A stretch of 20,000 nucleotides of DNA, from NCBI RefSeq assembly GCF_004010195.1, contig NC_057719.1, forward strand, positions 77,427,470-77,447,469, read 5' to 3'. The position numbers and the translations under genes are program-made. The notes beneath the pieces were generated by a model. The model was not told the origin of the DNA. It ran no database searches and saw nothing but the letters and a program-made list of their open reading frames with translations. Shown here one piece after another: positions 1 through 10,055 of this stretch (its first letter is position 1; every line of letters begins with the position of its first letter). The stretch is from Chiloscyllium plagiosum (taxonomy: Eukaryota).

Positions 1-1125
1 CATGGTAAACTATTGGAGAGTAAGGTGAGGTATTGGAGAGCATGGTAAAATATTGGAGAGTAGGGTGAGGTATTGGAGAGCATGGTAAAATATTGGAGAG
101 TAGGGTGAGGTATTGGAGAGCATGGTAAAATATTGGAGAGTAGGGTGAGGTATTGGAGAGCATGGTAAAATATTGGAGAGTAGGGTGAGGTATTGGAGAG
201 CATGGTAAAATATTGGAGAGTAGGGTGAGGTATTGGAGAGCATGGTAAAATATTGGAGAGTAGGGTGAGGTATTGGAGAGCATGGTAAAATATTGGAGAG
301 TAGGGTGAGGTATTGGAGAGCATGGTAAAATATTGGAGAGTAGGGTGAGGTATTGGAGAGCATGGTAAAATATTGGAGAGTAGGGTGAGGTATTGGAGAG
401 CATGGTAAAATATTGGAGAGTAGGGTGAGGTATTGGAGAGCATGGTAAAATATTGGAGAGTAGGGTGAGGTATTGGAGAGCATGGTAAAATATTGGAGAG
501 TAGGGTGAGGTATTGGAGAGCATGGTAAAATATTGGAGAGTAGGGTGAGGTATTNNNNNNNNNNNNNNNNNNNNNNNNNNNNNNNNNNNNNNNNNNNNNN
601 NNNNNNNNNNNNNNNNNNNNNNNNNNNNNNNNNNNNNNNNNNNNNNNNNNNNNNNNNNNNNNNNNNNNNNNNNNNNNNNNNNNNNNNNNNNNNNNNNNNN
701 NNNNNNNNNNNNNNNNNNNNNNNNNNNNNNNNNNNNNNNNNNNNNNNNNNNNNNNNNNNNNNNNNNNNNNNNNNNNNNNNAAGGACAGGGTGAGGTATTG
801 GAGAGCATGGTAAACTATTGGAGAGTAGGATGAGGTATTGGAGAGCATGGTAAAATATTGGAGAGTAGGGTGAGGTATTGGAGAGCATGGTAAAATATTG
901 AAGAGTATGGTGAGGTATTGGAGAGCATGGTAAACTATTGGAGAGCAAGGTGAGATATCAAAGAGCATTGTAAGTTATTGAAGGACAGTGTAAGGTAATT
1001 GGAAAGGATGGTAAGGTATTGGAGAGCAAGGTGAGATATCAAAGAGCATGGTAAGATATTGGAGAGTAGGGTGAGGTATTGGAGAGTACGGTAAAACACT
1101 AGAGAGCATGGTAAAATACTGGAGA
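1..1125. repeat. 40-bp minisatellite made of two related 20-mers (CATGGTAAAATATTGGAGAG / TAGGGTGAGGTATTGGAGAG)
   Basis: Seen directly: perfect 40-bp units from 41 to 554, an N gap at 555-780, near-perfect units at 781-950, then progressive decay to ~1125. The array runs off the left edge of the window. Confidence 0.97.
555..780. other. assembly gap
   Basis: Run of N inside the minisatellite. Confidence 1.
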
Positions 1126-2557
1126 TTTGTCAGTTCCCAAAGAATTGAAGTTCAACAAGAGTTAGCATCTTCAGGACAGGAATTGTGAAAGGCTTTCTGG
1201 TGCATTTGAGTTGCTATTGGACTTTTAGGCACATAGTTAATGAGCAGTAGAAGAAGCTTTACATTGTATCTGCCCTATAGCTGACCTTAGAGTCTTTGAT
1301 GCTGACTATGGTTGACAGTCACAGAAAATTGGCTCCACTTTACAGCAGTGACATCTTTGTACTGAGTAACTGCTAGCAGCTGAGTTAAGAATGTCTAAAA
1401 TTGTCATTTCATTTACAGTTGTCAGAGTGCAGTATTTTTTGCTGTACTTGAAGCTGAATTCAGGTCTCTGAGATGAAAGGACAGTTACTGGTTGCTCAGT
1501 GTTATTAGGATAAGCACTGGCATTCTTCAGTCAGAATAAGTGCAGCAAAATGATAACCGATGAGATATGAGATTAGGAGAGCAATACATTGGGGACCCAT
1601 TAGATAAAATAATTACCCAACATGTAGGCATGACAAACAACATAATGTTCAATCTGTTTATTATTACTAATGTATTAATATTGTGTCTTAAGTAAGTACC
1701 AGCAGTGGTGTATTGTATGAATTTGGAATAGATCCCAAAATGGTAACATAAATAAAATGGATGTGCCCTCGAAATAAGCAGTGACAACAGGGTTTTGCTC
1801 TTGCCAAAAGATGTGACAAAAATTATTAGTTCCATAAATACGTCAGAGGCTCTTTTAATTGGATTGCTTGGATCTCCTGTTCATTAGTAACAGGGTGGTT
1901 GCCAAGGAAACATGTACGGTTTCAGATGATTTTCAGAGTGAGTGAACAAACAGGAGACAATTACGAAAGTTTAAATGGTGAAAACAGAATGGAAATACTT
2001 GTGTAAAATGAAAGCTTGAATTTTAATCATAAGCAGTAAGCCTGGTGTTTGGGGGTGTTTAGCAGACTGAAGAGAAGGGCAGATAAGGCAGGCAGTGCAA
2101 GGAGGTGAAGTGTAGGTGGCTCAGTTGGAGAGGAGGTGAAAGAGTAGACAAGTAGGTGAGGAGGAGTGGAGTAAAGTGGTACACAGATCAGATGAGGATG
2201 GTGGATGAGGGGGAATTTATTGCTCAGCATTTATGGCTCAGGGGATTTCAACTCCCACATCCCATTTTCAGATGATGCCTGGCTGCCAACCTCATTGTGA
2301 TAGGTAACTGCACAGGCCACCCATTTCCCCAGCACTGAGGCCAACTGACAGTGGAACACTCACCTCAAAGCAAATTTGCATTTCCTGTTTTCATGGCCTA
2401 GGGATAACACTGTTTCTATTTCGCAATGCAATGCAGAGTGATGCCAACACCTTGAGTTCAGTCCCCACACTACCTGAGGCTGCCACAAAGGACTCTCCTT
2501 CTCAATCTCTCCCCTTGTCTGAAGTATGGTGACAGCTGGTTGGACGTGACAAAAATT

Positions 2558-2655
2558 ATTTGATTTGATTTGATTTGTTATAGTTGAAGTGCAGTGAAAA
2601 GCTTTGTTTTGTAAGCAGTACAGGTAGATCATAGCAAACAAGGACATACAGATGC
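2558..2655 (-). mobile_element. probable 3' end of a Rex1/Babar-like non-LTR retrotransposon with an (ATCAA)n tail
   Basis: (ATTTG)n microsatellite followed by CAGTGAAAAGCTTTGTTTTG..GCAGTACAGG, which resembles fish Rex1-type 3' UTRs (from memory). It abuts the RT fragment. Confidence 0.45.
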
Positions 2656-2664
2656 TTAGACAGA

Positions 2665-3260
2665 GCCTTAATAACTACCGCCCAATGGCCGTGACCTCCA
2701 TAATCATGAAGTGCTTCGAGAGGCTGATCATGGCCCACATCAACTCCAATCTCTCAGCCTGCCTTGATCCGCTGCAATTTGCCTACTGATGTCATAGGTC
2801 CACAGAGGATGCCACTTCTGTAGCCCTACTCTCATCCCTGGAACATCTGACTACAGCTCCGCCTTCAACACCATTAACCCCTCCAGACTGATCTCAAAAC
2901 TCTGAGACCAGAGGTCCTGGCTCCACCCTCTCCAACTGGATCCTCAGCTTCCTGACCTACAGACTGCAATCAGTGAAAATAGACAACTGCACTTTCTCCA
3001 TGATATCCCTCAACACTAGCATCCCGCAAGGATATGTTCTCAGCCCCCTACCGTGCTCCCTAACCACCCACGACTGCATAGCCAAATTCCTTACAAACGT
3101 CATCTACAAGTTTACTGATGACACCACCGAGGTATGTTTGGATATAAAAAACAATGAGTCAGAATACAGGAAGGAGATAGAGTGCTTGGTGTCATGATGC
3201 AATGATAACCTCTCTCTCAATGTCGGCAAAACAAAAGTATGATCATTGACTTTGGGAAGA
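2665..3260 (+). mobile_element. decayed reverse transcriptase fragment of a Rex1/Babar-like (CR1/L2 group) LINE
   Basis: Translates [39 protein letters not shown], then YSSAFNTI, IPQGYVLSPL, YKFTDDTT (YADD-type motif) and ESEYRKEIECLV..DNLSLNVGKTK, with stops and frameshifts. Confidence 0.88.
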
Positions 3261-3284
3261 AGTTTCACAAGTGGACTAACGTGG

Positions 3285-3482
3285 ATTTGAACCCATGCAG
3301 TGTGGACTAATGCCAACAGCATGGGTTCAGTTCCTGTCCAGCTGAAGTTGCCATGATGGGTTATCCTTCACAACCTCTTACCTGAGGCATGGTGAAGGTC
3401 AGGTTAAACCACAGCCAGTTAACTCTGTCTCTAATGAGAGAGCCATCTTGTGGTCTGTTAAGACTGTAGCAACTTCACCTTT
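3285..3482 (+). mobile_element. SINE-like fragment (B-box-like head remnant plus LINE-derived structured tail)
   Basis: GGGTTCAGTTCC B-box-like motif at ~3323. The tail CCTGAGGCATGGTGAAGGTCAGGTTAAACCAC..TCTCTAATGAGAGAG..AAGACTGTAGCAACTT resembles a common shark repeat (from memory). Confidence 0.45.
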
Positions 3483-3764
3483 TGTTTCATTTTATCGTCA
3501 TAGAATACTTTTTGATAGGTGTCCAAATGCACCACTAACTGTATTAAGATCATTTAAAGCCCTCATTAACAAATTGAAGTAAGGTCCTACATTCAATGTC
3601 ATCCCTTTAATTTAGGTGAAACTCCTAGTGCTAAATAGCAGGAAGGACCTTTTGAAAGTGATTTTTTTTAAAAGGTTCATCCACTGCATACAAATTAGTT
3701 GCAGATTCTTAAATTTAAGGCTGAGGGTCAACTTTTGCAATTTATTGCCTGGAGCCAACCGGTC

Positions 3765-4095
3765 TGTAAACACTATCCTGTCAGCAGTCACTCTTGCATT
3801 TGTCATTTGTGCTTCCTTCATTCCAACCAGCCCATTATGTTTGCAAGATAGCTATTGGTTAGCCAGGGATTTCCCCACTGGGCGTGGCTCATGAATCCAA
3901 GCAGTGACTCAGCCACAGCTGCAGTGCTCCAGTGAGACTCATGATGCCACCAGAAATGTCATCGAGCAAATTTTTGATTTTCTCAAGCCAGCAATTCTAC
4001 TGCCTGGCTGTGCCAGAGGAGATTTTGTCGTTCACTCGTGAGCACGCGTCCAGCTTTGTGGTCAAGTGCACATCTTTCAACCAGCTATTAGCAGT
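3765..4095 (+). mobile_element. PIF/Harbinger transposase (HARBI1-like, DDE_Tnp_4) C-terminal remnant
   Basis: Manual translation across frameshifts gives YPVSSH.AFV, LLVSQGFPHWAWLMNP and ETHDATRNVIEQIFDFLK/QQFYCL..HASSFVVKC. These match the Harbinger motifs YPGSSHDAF, LLGDKGYPL..WLMTP and ESHAATRNIIEQTIGVLKQRFRCL. Confidence 0.75.
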
Positions 4096-4844
4096 GTCTT
4101 GGCACTGTCATTGCTCCTCTTGCCCCACCTCGCCCTTCGGTTCAAATCAAAATGGCCATCACAGCACCCCTGATAAAATATTAGAGCTTGCAGCAGGTCA
4201 ACAAAGCAAAATGTCACAGAAAGAAACAATATGGAATCTTCCCAGTCACCACAAATAGTACAACAACACATAGATCCCTTATGTCAGGTAAGTATCTCCT
4301 TAAATTCTACTTAACTCTGAGAGATCACCCTGATACCGTAATGGTGCATTGGGCACTGATCTGAATTTCTGTAATTTTTCCTTAAAATCATACAAGGTCA
4401 TAATGGCATCATAGGACCAAGATTTGCATGTATTGATGAGGTTGTCCACCAAATGTTTCTGGTAGATTCTCTTGACTGGCCAAAAAGTCATTGTGTGAAA
4501 ATGCAGGGACAAAACAGCAGATATTCTGTAGAGACTTTCCTTCAGTATCCTGTCATGTTCCCTCCAGGCAGGTTGAGTTAAAATCACTCCTGATGTCACC
4601 AAATTAAACACCCTACATTAAATACCGTTCTGGTCAATGCTTTGGAAGATGACATAAGGTTGGATTTTTGACTGTCCTAATGACATATCTTGGGTTTGAA
4701 TGGTGCAGGCTACTTGAGCAGGTCAGGTATAACAAACTGATTGTCATGTCTCAAGCCCTCAGATTAGCTGAAATGTACCTGCATGAAGACATCACATGCT
4801 TCACTTGCAGTCACATGAGGGGCTGAAGACACATCTGACTCCTT

Positions 4845-5050
4845 CTCCTCTGTTTTGTCAACCCCCTTCAGAGGGTGCAATCATTCTGCATCTTCCTCTT
4901 CCTGGAGCTCCACTCCAGTCAGCAACCTCACATTGTGGGTGGCTTTGCCTTGCACATTCATTCTCAAACGTCTTGCTGGTACATAATAAAGGGGACCCCA
5001 GATTCTTCCATGAATGTTTTCTGTAATCCGATGACCTTGATTTGTGGTCA
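4845..5050 (-). mobile_element. PIF/Harbinger transposase remnant, C-terminal part (continuation of 5751-6377)
   Basis: Minus strand reads IKVIGLQKTFMEESGVP / YVPARRLRMNVQGKATHNVRLLTGVELQEEEDAE, matching IEQTIGLLKMRF..SGGALQY.P..CCALHN...GLELEEEE. Confidence 0.6.
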
Positions 5051-5750
5051 TATAAAGTCATAGAGTCATAGAGTCCTACAGCACAGAGACAGGCCCTTTA
5101 GCCCTAACTGGTCCATACCAACCAAAATGCCCATCAACACTAACCCCATTTCCCTGCACTTGGCCCATATTCTTCTAAACCTTTCCTATACAAGTATTTG
5201 TCCAAATGCCTTTTAAATGATGTTAACATACGCATCTCAATCACTTCCGCTGGCAGCTCATTCCAAGTGCATACCACCGTCTGTGTAAAAAAAGTTGTCC
5301 CTCAGGTTCCCTGTCATTCTTTCCCCTCAAACCTTAAACTGATGCCCTCTAGTCCTTAATTCCCTAACCCTGGGAAAATGACTAAGTACATTCACCCTAT
5401 CCATGCCTCTCATAATCTTATACACTTCCATAAGGTCCCCCCTCAGTCTCCTACGCTCTGAAGAAAAAAGTCCTTGTTCGTCCAACTTCTCCCTATAACT
5501 CAGACTCTTGAGTCCTGGCAACATCATTGTAAATTTCTTTCTGCACTTTTTCCAGCTTAATAACATGTTTCCTATAGCAAGGTGATCAAAACTGAATACA
5601 ATACTTTAAGTGTGGCCTCACCAATGTCCTGTGTGACTGCAATATAACTTTCCAACTTCTCTCCTCAATGCCCTGACGGATGAAGACCAGTGTGCCAAAA
5701 GCCTTCTTCACTGCCCTGTCTAGCTGTGACTCCACTTTCAGAGAACTGTG
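5050..5750 (-). mobile_element. 5'-truncated CR1 (HER1-like) LINE 3' end
   Basis: (GAGTCATA)n tail at the left end. ORF 5327-5566 reads FTMMLPGLKSLSYREKLDEQGLFSSERRRLRGDLMEVYKIMRGMDRV..RTRGHQFKV, the typical CR1 ORF2 C-terminus. Confidence 0.93.
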
Positions 5751-6377
5751 CTCCTATCGTGCTCCTTTTGTGTTTTTGTTGGCTTCTGTGGTAAGGTTTC
5801 TCACAGAAGACATCAGCTTGATCCTCAGACGTTAGTCATTGTCTTGACAGAGACACTGTGTATGAGGTGTGAGAACCTGTGGGAGTGTGACTGATGCAGA
5901 AATAATAATTCACAGTAAATTTGTGGGTGTCATATCCAGACAACCAGGATAACCTTCCACTGGCCACAAACAAGCTGAACACTGACCAAGTGGAAAGGGT
6001 TCCAGTTGATAAATACTTCAGGCTGATCTGAGGGCACCTTGGTTGCTGCATGTGGGAGATCCAAGCCGCGCTGTATACATCAGAATTCTATCAAAGTATC
6101 AAAATCAACCACCTGACTGGCCCGAGCAGTGCGCAAGTGATGACCTGAGCAAACAAGATTTTGGTGATCAGGGAGATGCACTAATGGTCACCAGATTGTG
6201 AAATCCTGCAGATGCCAACAGCAAATACTTGAGAGCAGCTGGTGGTGAAGAAGCCAAAGCTGTTATGACTGTGATGGCCACTGGCAATGCATGCTCGGCT
6301 AGCCATTTTCTTCTGCTAAGAGGCTGCAGATGTGAACAATGATTTTGCAAAAGAGCCTGAGCCTCTTGCAGCACTGC
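5751..6377 (-). mobile_element. PIF/Harbinger transposase remnant, N-terminal and catalytic part
   Basis: Minus strand reads QCCKRLRL, HALPVAITVITALA, GICRISQSGDH*CI, then IQRGLDLPHAATKVPSDQPEVFINWNPFHLVSVQLVCGQWKVIL and LMSSVRNLTTEA. This matches HARBI1-type ALPVAVKVTVAL..CGISQS..VQGVIDCTHVAIKAP..FINRKGFHSINVQLVCD. Confidence 0.85.
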
Positions 6378-8681
6378 TACTCCGTTAGGATGTTGATCCT
6401 TCTTAACCTTTATCCATGTGCTAATTGTATTGACTCCTTTGAGCTGGAGGAGAATGTGAGTGACAGTTGTTTGTGTTTTTGTTTCTCTTCCAGCTGGTGG
6501 TGGTCGTGGTGTGAATGTTGCAGCTATTCCTTATCAAAAATCCCATGACCGAATAAATGGCAATAAAGGCTGAGAGCAAGGATGTTCAGGTCAAGCAGAG
6601 TAAATACCAAGGTAGGTGAGATGACTTCTAAAAAAGTTGGACATCATCTGTGAAGCAATGATATCAGCACCTAAGATCGATGTGTTGTGAGCACAGGCCT
6701 TTCGCATAGTTTGGCCATCATCTATATAAATCCACTGCTTCCTGCGTCCCAGACCTGTCAGTTCCATTGAACAGTGCTGATTGCTGTGTTCCCAATTTTA
6801 GCAAGTTCCACAAAACTCAAGAAATTCTGGCACAGATTGTTAAAGGCAGAATGTTAGGTTTAATCAGTGATCAATTAACTATTTATATACAGAACTTGCT
6901 TTACTGACATATTCATGGGGATTTCATAACTTGCGTCCCGGATAAACCTGCCAATGGGAAGGATCATTGTCAGGTACCCACCATATCCCCACTTTTCGGC
7001 ACTTTAGTGTCCTCAGCCCAGATCAGAACCTGCCCATTGGTATTAAAATAGACATTGTGGAAATTTTGTAATTCAGGTTTATGAGAAATGAAATATTGAT
7101 GCATGGTGGAATCTGAAATGTTTTGCTACATTTTCTTTCTTACAGAAAAACATTGATTCCCTGACATTGATCTCACTGCAGATGAAATTGTACTGCACAC
7201 CATTCTCCTGAAAGTAACTCTCCGACATTTTCTGTTCATTCAGATAAAGTAAACCCAAGGAATCATGAGCAAATGTATCAATGTGTCACTTCTCTCACTT
7301 ACCATGTACATACATCCATATTATCAGCCCATTTAAAGCTACACATGCTAACTTCTGAAGGCCGTTGCCACACTGCTATGACCTCTTAGTTAGCTGTGTG
7401 GAATTTTGAATGAACCAATCTTTGGCAATGAGATTTCAAAAGGAAGTTGGAAAAGAGCCAGTCAATAATTGTCAATACAGTCCACCAAACCACCATTTGA
7501 CAACTCAAGCTTCATGACCCAGGTGTTAGAATAACAATGTGGAATTTGATATCTCTGCCAGACGTATGCAGTCAAGAGCAGGAATAGGGTGCCAAGAAAA
7601 ATATCAGAACATTGAACACCTTTGAAACAAGGCTGGATAGTCTATTATAAAGAAAGCCAGGTTGACTGTTTGGAAGGTGGCATACAGCAAAACTCAGATT
7701 CCTCACCCACCTTGTGGTGGCAGCTCCAAAGCTGACCAGTGAAAGTAGTTGAGTTTTAGTTTGTGCTTTCCAAATGGCCTTCCACATCAGGTGAGCTGGG
7801 TTTCTCCCACCTAGCTGATAAGCCAAAGTACTATTCAGCTGAGAATTCACTGGGTTTAAGTCAAAGTTTTAAGGGGGTCATCTGTCACCTAGAAAGCTAG
7901 TGTCCAACTGCTCATTGACCTGAGAGAGCTGAGCATTTGAGACTTCTGGCAGATTTCCAGTTCACTATATTTCTGAACCTTTTCTCACCTTTAACTACAG
8001 GAAGAGGTGTCAGTGATGATTAGGGAGTTTTGGCAGTCGTTCTGCAGTTTGATTTGTTCATACAAGTGGTAGCCGGTGGGGAAACAAATGATTCCAAGAA
8101 AGTACTTGGCTGTGTGAGCAAAAAATAATCAACATTGAGGTCAACACAGTACCATCAATAACTATTACTTTTAATACAAATTTATGGCCAACATTTTCTG
8201 AGTCCATGTCAACATATATTGGGAAAAGCATTGCTGGCACATTGAACTGGATTTTCTGATTATTGCTGGTAGAATTTAAGGTATCTCATTGCTGTCATGA
8301 ACTTTTCACCCCCTTGTGTTATATTTTCTTTTCTGATTTTCCTCATTGTTCTTTTGAAGTCATTAACTTGTACTGGGTTATTGTTCCATTGATAGCAGTA
8401 TCAACCTCCTATCTGGTAATGAAGCTCAAATATTTTACATAGCTGATGCGAAAGTGAAATGCAAACCTGGCCTTGAACAACTCCCCTCCCATAAAGAGTT
8501 GTTAGATCACCATCACAGATGGACTAAAATAATTGATAGATTTAAATGTCACAAAATAACTCTTGGGTTTAAATAGCAATGGAAAAGCCCAGATTGGAAG
8601 CACCAAGATAGAGGCAATGACCAATTTCAAGTGCCTTACCCACATGAGAAATACCAAAGTTGCATCTAAGAATGAAATCCA

Positions 8682-8905
8682 GGTAATGCTATCTATTGAA
8701 AGAGCTGAAAATAAGACCATAAGACATAGGAGCGGAAGTAAGGCCATTCGGCCCATCGAGTCCACTCCGCCATTCAATCATGGCTGATGGGTAATGCTAT
8801 CTATTGAAAGAGCTGAAAATAAGACCATAAGACCATAAGACATAGGAGCGGAAGTAAGGCCGTTCGGCCCATCGAGTCCACTCCGCCATTCAATCATGGC
8901 TGATG
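8682..8905. repeat. tandem duplication of ~108/116 bp spanning the flank and the CR1 3' tail
   Basis: 8682-8789 and 8790-8905 are near-identical. They differ by one substitution (GCCATTCGG vs GCCGTTCGG) and one extra ATAAGACC tail unit. Confidence 0.95.
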
Positions 8906-9964
8906 GGCATTTCAACTCCACTTACCTGCATTCTCGCCGTAGCCCTTAATTCCTTGTGACATCAAGAATTTATCAATTTCTGCCTTGAAGACATTTAGCG
9001 TCCCGGCCTCCACTGCACTCTGCGGCAATGAATTCCACAGNNNNNNNNNNNNNNNNNNNNNNNNNNNNNNNNNNNNNNNNNNNNNNNNNNNNNNNNNNNN
9101 NNNNNNNNNNNNNNNNNNNNNNNNNNNNNNNNNNNNNNNNNNNNNTTTAGAAAGTAATCCATGCTTCTATTCTTTTTCCCAAAGTGCAAGACCTCGCACT
9201 TGCTCACATTGAATTCCATCAACCATTTCCTGGACCACTCCTCCAAACTGTCTAGATCCTTCTGCAGCCTCCCCATTTCCTCAGTACTACCTGCCTGTCC
9301 ACCTAACTTTGTATCGTCGGCAAACTTTGCTAGAATGCCCCCAGTCCCTTCATCCAGATCATTAATATATAATGTGTACAGCTGCGGCCTCAACACTGAA
9401 CCCTGTGGGACACCGCTTGTCACCGGCTGCCATTCCGAAAAAGAACCTTTTATCCCAACTCTCTGCCTCCTGTCAGACAGCCAATCCTCAATCCAGACCA
9501 GTAGCTCACCTTGAACACCGTGGGCCCTCACCTTGCTCAGCAGCATCCCATATGGCACCTTATCAAAGGCCTTTTGGAAGTCTAGGTAGACCACATCCAC
9601 TGGATTTCTCCGGTCTAACCTACTTGTGACCTCTTCAAAGAACTCCAACAGGTTTGTCAGGCACGACCTCCCCTTACTAAATCCATGTTGACTTGTTTAA
9701 ATCCGACCCTGCTCTTCCAAGAATTTAGAAACATCATCCTTAATGATGGATTCTAGAATTTTACCAACAACCGAGGTTAGGCTAATTGGCCTATAATTTT
9801 CCATCTTTTGCCTTGATCCTTTCTTGAACAAGGGGGTTACAACAGCGATCGTCCAATCATCTGGGACTTTCCCTGACTCCAGTGACTTTTGAAAGATCTC
9901 AACCAACGCCTCCGCTATTTCCTCAGCCACCTCCCTCAGAACTCTAGGATGTAACCCATCAGGG
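8819..9964 (-). mobile_element. young 5'-truncated CR1 LINE (RT domain); a short duplicate of its 3' end lies at 8711-8789
   Basis: (ATAAGACC)n tail. ORFs 9697-10074 and 8995-9648 are in frame and separated by one stop: PDGLHPRVLRE..NYRPISLTSVVGK..YLDFQKAFDKVP..SGVPQGSVL..FADDTKLGG. N gap at 9041-9145. Confidence 0.96.
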
Positions 9965-10055
9965 TTGCTGGAAAATGTGTTGCTGGAAAAGCGCAGCAGG
10001 TCAGGCAGCATCCAAGGAGCAGGAGAATCGACGTTTCGGGCATGAGCCCTTCTTC
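9965..10055 (-). mobile_element. short Penelope-like terminus with a 5'-clipped minimal hammerhead motif
   Basis: Reverse complement is GAAGAAGGGCTCATGCCCGAAACGTCGATTCTCCTGCTCCTTGGATGCTGCCTGACCTGCTGCGCTTTTCCAGCA, homologous to 14214-14290 and 18044-18120. Confidence 0.85.

Noticed and set aside
1..554. CRISPR-like array (constant 10-mer with 10-bp spacers)
   Set aside because: The spacers simply alternate between two sequences, the units are too short, and the context is eukaryotic with no cas genes.
10..948. 312-aa minus-strand ORF
   Set aside because: Artefact of a stop-free 40-bp repeat plus an N gap; the periodic peptide has no evidence of being a gene.
1205..1365. Resemblance to an ancient DeuSINE/AmnSINE-like repeat (GCTTTACATTGTATCT..TTTGATGCTGAC)
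   Set aside because: Short, degenerate and based only on recollection, so it cannot be supported without a library search.
3116..3122. CTGATGA as another hammerhead core or C box
   Set aside because: It is the FTDD codons of the RT active-site motif, and no stem II or GAAA follows.
8819..10055. Chimeric PLE-CR1 retrotranscript formed by template switching, and fused ORF 9697-10074
   Set aside because: The last bases of the PLE terminus (AGAGCTGAAAAT) lie on the far side of the CR1, so nested insertion explains it better. The ORF fusion is incidental.
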